Below are positions 13,801 through 22,989 of a stretch of 64,000 nt of DNA, piece by piece. The position numbers and the translations under genes are program-made. How positions within the stretch are numbered: position 1 is the first letter of the stretch; each line of letters opens with the position of its first letter. The notes below the pieces were generated by a model. It made no database searches. It was not told where the DNA came from and saw only the letters and a list, made by a program, of their open reading frames with translations. Source of the DNA: Epithemia pelagica (Eukaryota; Protista; Bacillariophyta); assembly GCA_946965045.2 (NCBI GenBank), contig OX337228.1, positions 3,162,001-3,226,000 of the forward strand. The letters are read 5' to 3'.

Positions 13801-14824
13801 GCCGCAAAGGGAAGAACAACAGCAAGTTGGCTCCGAACCCCACGCCGTTGCATCGGATTGTTTATCGAAAAGTATGGATTCAGAAGCAAAGTGGATGAAA
13901 GGGCGATTTGCGCATTGGGAAACAGACATCTTGGCCAGTGGTATACCCGAAGGTCTGAGTTTGGACGGCAAGGACAAACACCTGCTACGACAGGAGATGG
14001 AGAATCTTTTGAAAGAGTGCCAACGTGAAGAACGGCCCATTGACTTATCTGACAGTGTTTCTCGATCGTTGGCGAAGAATCATAAGAATACACCCGTCGG
14101 GTGGTTCAAATGGGTTGCAGACAACAACACAGAGGGCCAACCATCCATGTCTGACCGAGAAAAAACGTACGACAATGACCTTCCTCGTGAGTTCACCACC
14201 ATTTTAGATGCCGAACCAGTGGGAACAACAGGTTCACTCTTTACGGGTACCCTCTTAGAGGCTGATGACGTTGGTGAAGATTTGGAAGTGTTATGCTACA
14301 AATCTCTGATTATTGGGCACCTGTTGGGACAAGAAAAGAGCATCATACATCCCATAAATGAGAGGATTTGTACATATCTGGCCACACGATGTTGGGATAA
14401 GGAAAGCCAGTCAATTCAGGAGGACAGTCTGGAATGGAGGTGTCTTGTTTGGCTGCAGGTCAAGGGAGTGGACGTCGTAGGAACATCAAAGATATCAGCC
14501 AACCTGCGGTCGACACACCACGCAGAACCACCTCCACCTCCCTCAATGGACAAAGCAGAACCAAAACGCCCACGTAGTCGACGAGGAACCTTGGGACTCT
14601 ATCCAAAAGAAATGCAAGATGCTGTTGTTGCTGGGATGGAACGTTACGGCTTCATGAAATGGTCATTGATTCAGAAGAACAATCCCGATATTTTTCAAGG
14701 TTATAGAACAGGAAAGGCCAAAAGCTGTTATCGGCGAATGGTTCGAGTCGGGGCCATCCCGCCACATCCCGAAGATGTTGACGCAAGCTACAAGCGACGC
14801 CATCTATTACGGAGAGTCGATTAG
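10835..14824 (+). CDS. Large uncharacterised protein with a C-terminal TRF/telobox-like Myb domain
   Basis: Uninterrupted ORF of about 1330 aa; C-terminal YPKEMQDAVVAGMERYGFMKWSLIQKNNPDIFQGYRTGKAKSCYRRM matches single-Myb spacing; basic NLS-like stretch RKRK...KRRR. Confidence 0.7.
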   Translation: MDDNDNDVLFLDNWNNSQGDDSLRMLIFGATSGATSADAGAISTASDSATENTDSRNHPDSSQHESGRQGSRLSASAASSRSVQRKGAESTPGQLGPFPDEYDPDSAERISFASLYGNSSGLPTDRSLVRSSGNVVSPGDSDHSPSMQRQPRQDAVVPDNSSQEQTLNRKRKATQPRPELEAHQKRRQQIVTRWKRRRFDLRQETDWCGAIRNTVQRFAMHRIQPPTENRNSRTRGQRRDTIDDNGNFPEESMAQDDDDKEETDDDAGDSNDTSDDDDQAAIMNRLLLNSQEAQTSDPLNQNDPSSARVENEFWEQGLTIPPKMKYLLDKYNDHVFQSLEQPLPLQPSAVPSATTSSDQMELVEEVDGTLTFVAPPKPDDKTRGLVSLQEVPPYHEANIAEVSEFFPSSHLFSPHTVKDDRVHQRQLLRLAARHVMTSCSVEGSTQWNRNDQLIGLLWTSDLLSAYWKAIVLYQARLNCRRFNRFATLASKQQQVPQNELADFLGVSCTRQAYGPIHQIGNSLIVAEPTTIRTPKGLEPDKNVHFAAVPGTVPPTPSFPLNATGWIWGPVDRNAYMDHASPIDEPTHLLTLSLLLGRRQFEFNAGMHTSRDETIRSFVTQAVELASKKIHNIPRKSLPRSVKFDRSPLVALNEALLLFASVHANLGTHQSRSSDEDEENHRDNDEEDNDALSSSTKAVAKLIHQTLETNFDRSSLFPFARLKILFGLSQISNAVPDSGAAFLSRSFDDISLRTPFDHIKALLVHLENNRYIDGYDHDNDVSLSVPVLEFAFFQAASSFHSAVEINPTDPFYHSWHIAALAACLLLCSGNRIDNVARAFPSRRQEYHFEEAAAAFGDNVDLLPYEVRIKLSKFEDLRTKIAAAIDLLLDLARHQKSCRASLAIVSLLEWRQVMALVLQDLGTETCATVRTLHSSYAIQWASLDQSNIAKEYLSRIELSQSDLKVFLSESLENNPENIRKWRALVEHLGPLPQREEQQQVGSEPHAVASDCLSKSMDSEAKWMKGRFAHWETDILASGIPEGLSLDGKDKHLLRQEMENLLKECQREERPIDLSDSVSRSLAKNHKNTPVGWFKWVADNNTEGQPSMSDREKTYDNDLPREFTTILDAEPVGTTGSLFTGTLLEADDVGEDLEVLCYKSLIIGHLLGQEKSIIHPINERICTYLATRCWDKESQSIQEDSLEWRCLVWLQVKGVDVVGTSKISANLRSTHHAEPPPPPSMDKAEPKRPRSRRGTLGLYPKEMQDAVVAGMERYGFMKWSLIQKNNPDIFQGYRTGKAKSCYRRMVRVGAIPPHPEDVDASYKRRHLLRRVD

Positions 14825-15233
14825 TTCCTGCTTTGGTAATGGAAGAATCTCTCGGACGAACAAGTGCCCATCTTCTTCATCTTCTTTCTCAATGGCCGAT
14901 CGCTCTTATCTGTTTGATTGGTTAAGTATATATTGCCCTTTTCTCCAGTGAAAGTTCTTCGTGAACACTAAAGACTAGACTCTAGCCTGTCGAAGACTTT
15001 TCAAGTAGTTCTGTTTTGGCTCTTGAGTTATGACAAAGACCGAAGGTTCAGAACGAATAAGCAACAAGAACCCAACTACGAGGAATGAAACATTCAAGTG
15101 AATTTGCTGAATAATGCCATATTATGCTACTCTTTATCGCTCCTTCTAAAACCGCCAAGTTATCATCCTCATGCTAAAGATTCAAACCGAAGTCAGGAAC
15201 CGGAGAACGCATGCTCGACTCATTCACTGAATC

Positions 15234-16193
15234 CTACCGATCTTTGTAGTGCCGTTCGGTGTTGGCAGTGTAGTAGCCAAAAGCTTTACTCGGGCCATTA
15301 CTTCCGCTTTTCTCCTGTTGTTGTTTCCGTTGCTTGCTCCGCATGGCTTTGTCCACCTCATGAGTTCGAATGACAAACAAGATCATTTCAATAAAAAGCA
15401 TAATAACACCTGATAAGACACTAACAATGACACGTCGAATGTCCACAGTTGCTTTCGCCGTAGCATCCATGGGGTCGTCAATTTTAGGGAAAATCCACCC
15501 CAACAAGTTCCCTGAAAAGTAATACATGAAACATCCAAAACTCAGGGGTGCCACAATCATGTTGAGACCGATTGAGGCGGCATATGTCATTGACTTCGTA
15601 TTTATTTCATCTTGTTGTTGATGGAGTTTGGGATCGAGGACGTTGTGAGTCAACTTGGTATATTTGAACTCCTCTTGCTTCAGACGTAACCGTTTCAAGC
15701 GCTCTTGAAATTTTTGTCGTTCTTGCTTGCTTTTGTCATCATCGAATGCACTACCGGTGACATACACCAAGGATGTGTTCCCTCGAATAGCTCTGTCCAA
15801 TGTCGAAGCTCTGTCGTTAGTTGGCGATTGATCTTGTTGAAAGATAATGGCGACGGCGCACAGAACGGGAATTGGAACGAAATGAGGTGACTGATCGACT
15901 GATCCTTGAGTGTCATTCTTCGAAACGAGTTGTTCCTTCCCATTTTGGTTCTGTTGCCACTTTTTATAGTCCATTAAAAGAGTAACAGCTTCGGAAGTCG
16001 TCCTGGGCGTCTTCATTGCTGCAAAGGGCTGAGATTGCCCTACCTCACTGTTGTCATTGTTGTTCTCGGTTCTGCTCGGGTCGTCGAGTTTGATTCTGGA
16101 AGCCAATGCGATCGCTTCCCCCAGCAAAGATTCGATTTCGTTCGTTGCATTAATACCAGCCAGTTGTTTGGTGTTGAGCGATGAAGCATTCAT
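15234..16193 (-). CDS. TMEM199: V-ATPase ER assembly factor Vma12/TMEM199-like
   Basis: ATG at 16193; charged helix ERLKRLRLKQEEFKY followed by two TM segments (SIGLNMIVAPLSFGCFMYY; VIVSVLSGVIMLFIEMILFVIR), as in the Vma12 family. Confidence 0.65.
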   Translation of the reverse strand: MNASSLNTKQLAGINATNEIESLLGEAIALASRIKLDDPSRTENNNDNSEVGQSQPFAAMKTPRTTSEAVTLLMDYKKWQQNQNGKEQLVSKNDTQGSVDQSPHFVPIPVLCAVAIIFQQDQSPTNDRASTLDRAIRGNTSLVYVTGSAFDDDKSKQERQKFQERLKRLRLKQEEFKYTKLTHNVLDPKLHQQQDEINTKSMTYAASIGLNMIVAPLSFGCFMYYFSGNLLGWIFPKIDDPMDATAKATVDIRRVIVSVLSGVIMLFIEMILFVIRTHEVDKAMRSKQRKQQQEKSGSNGPSKAFGYYTANTERHYKDR

Positions 16194-16374
16194 AGTATCA
16201 CAGCAAGGCCAGAGCTCAGAGGGGTGACAATGATGAGGGATTTTGCAATAGACAGTTGGAATGGGAATCGAGAATGATGCACTCCGTCCGGCACGCATTT
16301 TTTCCGCGGTGGATCTTGTTTTGAGAGAACAGTCGCACAAAATCTGCGTCTGCCTTTTTCGCCAGACCTTCTGA

Positions 16375-16572
16375 AAGGAAAGGGCAAAATACACCGAGAC
16401 TGAACCCCCGACGAACGGAAAGGGCAAGGGATACGAACCACCTGCCAAGGGTAAGGGATACGATTCTGACAAGAGCGATACGAGTGGAATGAAGGAAAAG
16501 AGCGACAAGAGTGAGAAAAGCGACAAAAGCTACAAGAGTGGAAAGAAAGACAAGAGTGATCGATTGCGCTAA
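16375..16572 (+). pseudogene. Start-less Lys/Ser-rich silaffin-like reading-frame fragment
   Basis: Translates to ...YTETEPPTNGKGKGYEPPAKGKGYDSDKSDTSGMKEKSDKSEKSDKSYKSGKKDKSDRLR*; in-frame TGA at 16372-16374; another KGKGK unit just upstream is frameshifted. Confidence 0.45.
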
Positions 16573-16973
16573 AAACTCATGATGGTGAGGGTGTGAACGA
16601 AAACATAGCGATCAAGCTCAACAACATTTCGTTTGGTCGTTCGGCTACAAGCTACCTACCTCGAGACGCTCATTGTGGCATTGGTTGTACTATCGGGTGT
16701 TGGGATATTGGCCCTTATAAATCAATGGGGACTGCTCTGTGATCCCATTTACCAATGCTTAGATCCATCCGCTCTCCTCCAATAGGAGTAATTTAGAACA
16801 GCTTGTATTGTTTTTGTATTCTCTGGCGACAACTACCATATTTCTCGTAGACTCGTATTGTTAGCGATTTTGCTCATGGTTATGAACTCGGAAGCAGATC
16901 CTCCGTGCCACGGCCAGGCGATGGACTCTCAACCACTGAAAAGAAATATGATCACATTTTTTTGTTTTCCCTA

Positions 16974-19244
16974 ATGGAGTCAGTCACAAGAAGCCGGCAA
17001 GGAGCTGAATTCGCTCGTCCAAGACGTCCGAACCTTGATACTATCGCTTATCTGAAGTCCCTTCCGTTGGTCGACGATGTGGCTCGTAACGAAATTGCCG
17101 CGTTTTGCGATCGCCAGCAATGGAACGCAGACGGCTCACAAAGCCAGACAAGTCAGGGGTCGACCGAGTTTCCTGCTTCGCTAGCTGCTGCCTTGACCGC
17201 CTTGGAAGAGATCGGGCAAGAAGTTGCATCACTTGCAGGCGATGAGCGAGGTGCAGAAATGCTGGAAGTGTTGGTGAAGATCACTGCTCCATGTTCGATG
17301 ACTGCAGCCTACAAATGGTTGAGTGCATGCCGTGGCTACGCTCACCATCTTGCCCTTCACCGATATGGATCACATGTACTGCAAACTATTTTGGAGCAGT
17401 GCTTTCTCTCTTCGAATCCCACTTCACATAAATCTGATGGAATGGAACTTGACTTGGCGTTGCACTCCGAATCTCCTGTTTCACAGAGCGATCCGTCAGA
17501 CAATGATAACGAAAGGCGGGTCACCAAGGACGATCTGTGGGAAATTCTACAGGATTTGCAAGAAGAATTACTGCCAGCAGTTGGTCAATTGAATACCCAT
17601 ATGTGTGCCACACATGTCTTGCGAACACTCTTTTTCATTTTGGCGGGTATTGAATGTCATAGTCTCCAAGCTCCAAAGCCTCGACGAGGAAAACCAAAAT
17701 CTAAAAAGCATGGGAAGTTCTCTGCTCTAGGTAATGAGTCTGGATCAAGTGCAATAGGAAGCACAATACAGTATTTGAATCCAATGCATCGCCGACCGTC
17801 CAACAATGAAAAAGCAATCAAGTCCCTGGATAACTGGGCAGATACCTTTGCACCGAGCACAAATGGTGGGCGACCTGGTGAATTGCAGGAGCTCGCCTGC
17901 GACCCTTCAGGAGGGCCCCTTCTCATGGCATTGCTAAAGTCACTAACATACCGAGACAAAAGAAATACAGTCATCCTGCCCTCGGCAAAAGAAATCGATT
18001 CGTCTTTTCGGAGCTTGGGCAAATTACCAGATGAACCAAAATTTGAAAAGAATTCAAAAGCCTGTATGCTTACCACACGCATTCTTTGTTTGCAAGACGA
18101 GGAGGAGCAACATGCCAATACACAAGCAGAGAACGCTGTGTATGGATTGGCAGGGGACCCCCGAGGTTCTCATGTTTTGGATACGATTTTCCGCCTGTGC
18201 CACGATGAGATGCATACAGATATAGTTGACCTCGGAAAGTTTGTTTGCTCCATACAGGAGTACGTGGAGCATGATGTCAGCAACTTTGTAGTGCAAACCA
18301 TTTTAGCGACTGTACGCAGTCCAGATGTTGCTCAACGCTTCATCGACGCATGTGTGCCATTGATCGAATCTGGCTTGATTGTGGACGCTGCCAATCGACG
18401 ACGTGGTATTTTATGGAGGTTGTCTGAAATGGCAGTCAAACTAAATGTGGGACAAGCCGTGATACTTCAAAGTCTCCACCTGCAGTTTCATCGAAAGAAA
18501 TTAGCAGGACTGCTTTTAGATCCAAAGCGCAACTCGGAGAACGACAATCGTCTCTTATTGAATGTTGAAGGTTCAAGATCTCTCATGTATTTGCTGCAGT
18601 TTGATTGTCCCGGAGCCGACGAGGTAATCCACGGCGTTGTGGACATGTCTGTGGACGATCTCATGTCACTGGCTCGTGATGGATTGGGAAGTCGTTGTGT
18701 ATGGGACGCTTTGTTGAAGGGAGACCACGATGGGAACGACAAGGATGCGAACAAAACGGCGCCTTTGAAGAAGGTAAGAAATAAACTATTGACAAAACTC
18801 AAAGGTCGATGGACATCCCTGGCGATTGATCGGGTTGGGCATCATGTAGTCCGAAAACTTTTCCTTGCTCTTCCGACTATGAAAGCCCGAGAAGATCTGG
18901 TGAGAGAACTGGCTCAAGGGCGCGATCGCTTGCGTGGGAACGCAATGGGACGATGCGTTCAAAGCGAATGTGAGGTTGATCTATACTGGAACCAAGGTGT
19001 GGACGAATGGAAAGCAAAGATACAAAGGAAACTAGAGCAAAAGGAATGGCTGATGGAGCTTTCCTCCTCTGCTATCCATCCACAGAATGCATATCCCAAT
19101 GCAATGCAAGAGGGAGCAAAAACGTCATGCAAGAACGCAAAGTCTGCGACGAAGCGACCAACGGCTACTCTGACTGTTGATTATATTTTTGATGCTTTTA
19201 CACTTCCCAAGAAAGAGAGGAAAAAGCGGAGAAAGTCTGGCTAG
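16974..19244 (+). CDS. NOP9: Nucleolar protein 9 (Pumilio/PUF repeat)
   Basis: PUF-like repeats HRYGSHVLQTI, HMCATHVLRTL, DPRGSHVLDTI, HDVSNFVVQTIL, DRVGHHVVRKL; basic C-terminal tail. Confidence 0.85.
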   Translation: MESVTRSRQGAEFARPRRPNLDTIAYLKSLPLVDDVARNEIAAFCDRQQWNADGSQSQTSQGSTEFPASLAAALTALEEIGQEVASLAGDERGAEMLEVLVKITAPCSMTAAYKWLSACRGYAHHLALHRYGSHVLQTILEQCFLSSNPTSHKSDGMELDLALHSESPVSQSDPSDNDNERRVTKDDLWEILQDLQEELLPAVGQLNTHMCATHVLRTLFFILAGIECHSLQAPKPRRGKPKSKKHGKFSALGNESGSSAIGSTIQYLNPMHRRPSNNEKAIKSLDNWADTFAPSTNGGRPGELQELACDPSGGPLLMALLKSLTYRDKRNTVILPSAKEIDSSFRSLGKLPDEPKFEKNSKACMLTTRILCLQDEEEQHANTQAENAVYGLAGDPRGSHVLDTIFRLCHDEMHTDIVDLGKFVCSIQEYVEHDVSNFVVQTILATVRSPDVAQRFIDACVPLIESGLIVDAANRRRGILWRLSEMAVKLNVGQAVILQSLHLQFHRKKLAGLLLDPKRNSENDNRLLLNVEGSRSLMYLLQFDCPGADEVIHGVVDMSVDDLMSLARDGLGSRCVWDALLKGDHDGNDKDANKTAPLKKVRNKLLTKLKGRWTSLAIDRVGHHVVRKLFLALPTMKAREDLVRELAQGRDRLRGNAMGRCVQSECEVDLYWNQGVDEWKAKIQRKLEQKEWLMELSSSAIHPQNAYPNAMQEGAKTSCKNAKSATKRPTATLTVDYIFDAFTLPKKERKKRRKSG

Positions 19245-19920
19245 AGTTACAACTAAAGCGCAAAAGTAACTAAATTTTGTTGTTTTTTATCGCGCCGTAA
19301 CGAAAATGGCATTGGCATAGGAGGGTATCCCGTGCTATTGCTCATAAGCTACTCCTATTCGACTAGGAGTATTCGACAGTTGAGACTTCAGACAATAGGG
19401 AGTAGGAGTAACCTTGTATGAGTAGATTTTCGCTATGTGGATACAGAGGGGATACGGGATACGGGACCCCGTTCACAGGAAGATTCATCCGCGACCTTTG
19501 GTGTCCGATGTCCGATGAGACGAGTTGATCGTTGTCCGACAGTCACCAGACATGGTCCAGAACCCTGGAAGGTTGATTTCCAGCGCTACATGCCTTTGAT
19601 TATTGAAAGAACTTATCACAAGAGCTTTCGTAAACGATGGAAATTGGGCATAAGCGTCTTGAGACATTGACCAGAACTCCCCTGCCATGTTCAATACTCT
19701 ACAGCGAGAAGACGATTTCTCTCTATATCTCAGTAGAACGATAAAACAACTGGGAAGGCTGAAGTGTTTTATGCGGAGAACGTCCCCCAAGCCCCACTCG
19801 CGCTGGCCAGTCCAAACTCGTAGAACAGCATCAAAAAGGACACACGGCGCACTACTTTAGATTTGGGGTCTCTCAAGTTTTGTGAGAGAAGCTAGCTTCT
19901 TTACGATCGTTAACAAGACC

Positions 19921-22628
19921 ATGGCGCCTTCGAAATTACCGATATTGTGTTCGCAAGCACCTTATGGTCAAGATTGCTGTTGCTGTCAAAGATGCGGCGT
20001 TGGAGGATGCGATGTTAAAGTGCTTCCATGTGGATGCTGCATGCACGCAGTACGTTCGCCCCTCATTTTGTTTATGTGATTGCCTTGTCTCATTGCTGAC
20101 TCGATGCTGTCTTTATTATTTGATGATGTTTAACGAATGTATTGATGCAGAGATGTTGCCCGCTCTCACAAACTAAATTGATAGAGATATGCCCAATATG
20201 CGGCGAACCAGCGACAGGTCTCCATTTGATTCCTCTTGCCTTTGATGAAATTGATCAGGCAACAGCAGAGGCCGCCCAAACAAGTCTCACTAACAAGCGT
20301 GGTAAAAAGAGACAAAATGCTACAGTTGCTCGTCTGAATCCATCTCTTCAGAATTTATCATCTTCAACTTCGGCCGTCAATGAAGAGGGGGCATCTGCGG
20401 CAGTTGGAGAATTGAGTGAACTACGAACTGGTCGGTGGACACCGGAAGAAACAGCGTATTGTGACAAACTTATTTACTGCTTCGAACAAGGGTATTTGCC
20501 CATACCGGACAAAATGAAGCTAAATGACTTCTTATCAACTATGCTCAAGAGTAAGCAATCCAGACTAACCAAGAAAATGAAGAATGCAAAACTTTCTGCT
20601 AAGCAGTACAAGCGCAATCATTCGGTGATCATGAGCGAAGAGGAGGCCCGAGAACTTTCGAAACTGGAGACGGATTTGTTTGCATCAATAAAGTGCCGTA
20701 TGGAGAGGTCAGAACTCCGATTTCACATGCAAAAGGTCTGGCGTGACATGTTCACTCATTTCTGTTCCACTATTGGCCAGAAGCTGGAGCTTGAAGGATG
20801 GCTGCGAAGTGTCGAACAGATGGAAAAGCGTACATCGGAGGCGATGAATGCCGCCCGAAGAGCTCGGAGAAAGGCAATGGTAGGATACGCGTTAAACGAA
20901 GATACGAAGAATGCTCAGAGTGGTGTGCTCATTGACCCGAACGTTCGTGTCGATCGAACAAGCAATGTTGTGTTTGATCAAGGCGGAGAGTACGGTGACG
21001 TTGGATCTGAATCTGACTCCGTTGGAAACTGCTCTAATAAGAGACCACGAACTAGTTCATCAGGTGCAACATCTCGAGCCCGGTCATCATCGTTTGTGGC
21101 TAGAGTGATGCATTATGTTCAAATGCGCCAGGTACCGTTTGAGCACGTGGACGTATGGGTTCCCTCGGCTGGAAGCAGTGTTGTTGGCGGTGATAGTAAT
21201 CAGGTGCAACGACTTGCCTATGGGGGATGCGCTACGGCAGACTCTAAGATTGTCCCACAGGCGTCTCGGTCGGCGCCCCTCACGACAAAGGAGCAATATG
21301 ATCTTGTTTCTTTTGGAGAGTACAGCCAACGGTTCTCCTTCAACGTCGGATGCGGTCTTCCTGGACGAGTGTTCAGCTCCGGAATCCCTTCCTGGGAACA
21401 AGGTATCAAAAGCGCTCCCTCGACGTTGTTTGAGCGTTGTGGTGGAGCGCGACAGTGGGGAGTCGAGACGGCCGTGGGAATGCCAGTCAGTAGCCCCTCT
21501 GTTGGACGAATTGTAGTCGTTCTGTACTCTATCTTTGACCGTCCACGAGACGAAGAAATGGTCGTTCGAATGACGGATGAGTTGTCAAGGTTGTTGCCAA
21601 TGCCGAGATGGAAGCTTGTCGTTGATGTTGGGGTGGATGTTGGGACCGACGCACCTTTTTCTGTAGATATGGCGACGAATGATTCGCGTGCGACTGACTT
21701 GAAAAGTCTTCTGCAAAGCCTCATGGGTAGCCATGATGGGTCTTCTCAGCAGATTGCAGGCCTTGGACCACTTTTTTGCATGCTTGCGAAAGAAAACTGT
21801 ACAAATGCTGAAAACGATCTTCTCCAAGATGCTTTACGGAATTATGAAAATTACAAGCGACAGGGGAGAGCAGACACTGAAGTTGCATGGTTGACCTGCC
21901 GTGACTTCTTACTGAAAGAAGCTCTCCTTAACAAAGTTGATGCAACCAAAGCACCAGCGCAGACAGGTGTCGGGCTTCCCATGAATGCACCTGTACCGGG
22001 AGCGGACAAAGTGTCGAATTCGTGTGGAAAGCTTTTAAACAATGGAGCTGTTTCGTCTGAAATTCAAAATAGCGACTGCTGTCCCGGAACAACTCAACAG
22101 TCCAATGGATGTTGTCCTCAGCCTGTTCAGCCGTCCAGTGGCTGTTGTCCTCAGCCTGTCCAACAGACTAGTGGATGTTGTCCACAACCGCTCCAACAGT
22201 CCAGTGGCTGTTGTCCATCTTCAAGGACGAACACGGCCCGTGGATGCTGCCCATCCCCCACTATTGCTTCTGGTTGTGCCAAGCTGCTGAACTCATGTGC
22301 GGCTTCCAGAGCATTCTGTACTGTACAGCAAAAGGGCTGCGTTGCAGATAGGGGCTGCGCACTCAATAACTCTTTAGCAGGTCGAATGGCAAGCGTCAAG
22401 GAAAGTGGGGGACACCAGGCACTCAATAGAGATCTATCAGTCCCAGACACGCTCGTTTTACCAACTGCCCTTGCGAACTTACAACAGGATGGGTCTAGTC
22501 TATATGGTCTTGATGACTCATCGGAGTTGGACGCCAGTGCCGTAATCAATGGAAGCATGGACTTGGGCTTGACGGCCGTGCAGCTAGCCCAACTTCTTCA
22601 GAGTGAAGCTGGTGCTTTTCATGGCTAA
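19921..22628 (+). CDS. RING finger + stramenopile Myb-like + NLP-type GAF protein, copy A, with Cys-Cys repeat tail; exons 19921-20049 and 20151-22628
   Basis: Intron 20050-20150 joins CQRCGVGGCDVKVLPCGCCMHA|RCCP...CPIC (RING-like); RTGRWTPEETAYCDKLI...LNDFL...KSKQSRLTKKMK; GAF-like FSFNVGCGLPGRVFSSGIPSWE. Confidence 0.8.
22101..22220 (+). repeat. 33-bp coding tandem repeat (about 3.6 units) encoding (S/T)(S/N)GCCPQP(V/L)Q(Q/P)
   Basis: Units start at 22101, 22134, 22167 and 22200 (partial); flanking degenerate CCP units at about 22076 and 22245. Confidence 0.9.
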
Positions 22629-22989
22629 AAGTATTTGTTGGATTACGTGCTTTCAAGAGTATAGTCAATTTGCGCGACAGTTTCTTTATTATGAAAGATC
22701 CATTCAATTGTATGTTTTTGTCGCAAGATTATAAGGCATCGCTCTGATTCAGGTCTACGAGAACATTGAAGATGGGGTTAGGAGAAACACCAACAGATAT
22801 CCTAACAAGCTAGTGGTCATTTAAATCTACAATACCCGAAAACGGGAGACCAGAAGGTACACCCCCTTTGGTTTTTTTTGTACATATCACGGGATGTTGT
22901 ATGCAAAACATAGGCATGAAATCAGAACGCAGAAAGCTGCGCCGTCCACCAGACCAGCCATAAACCTCCACTGCGACGGGAGTTCAGCT

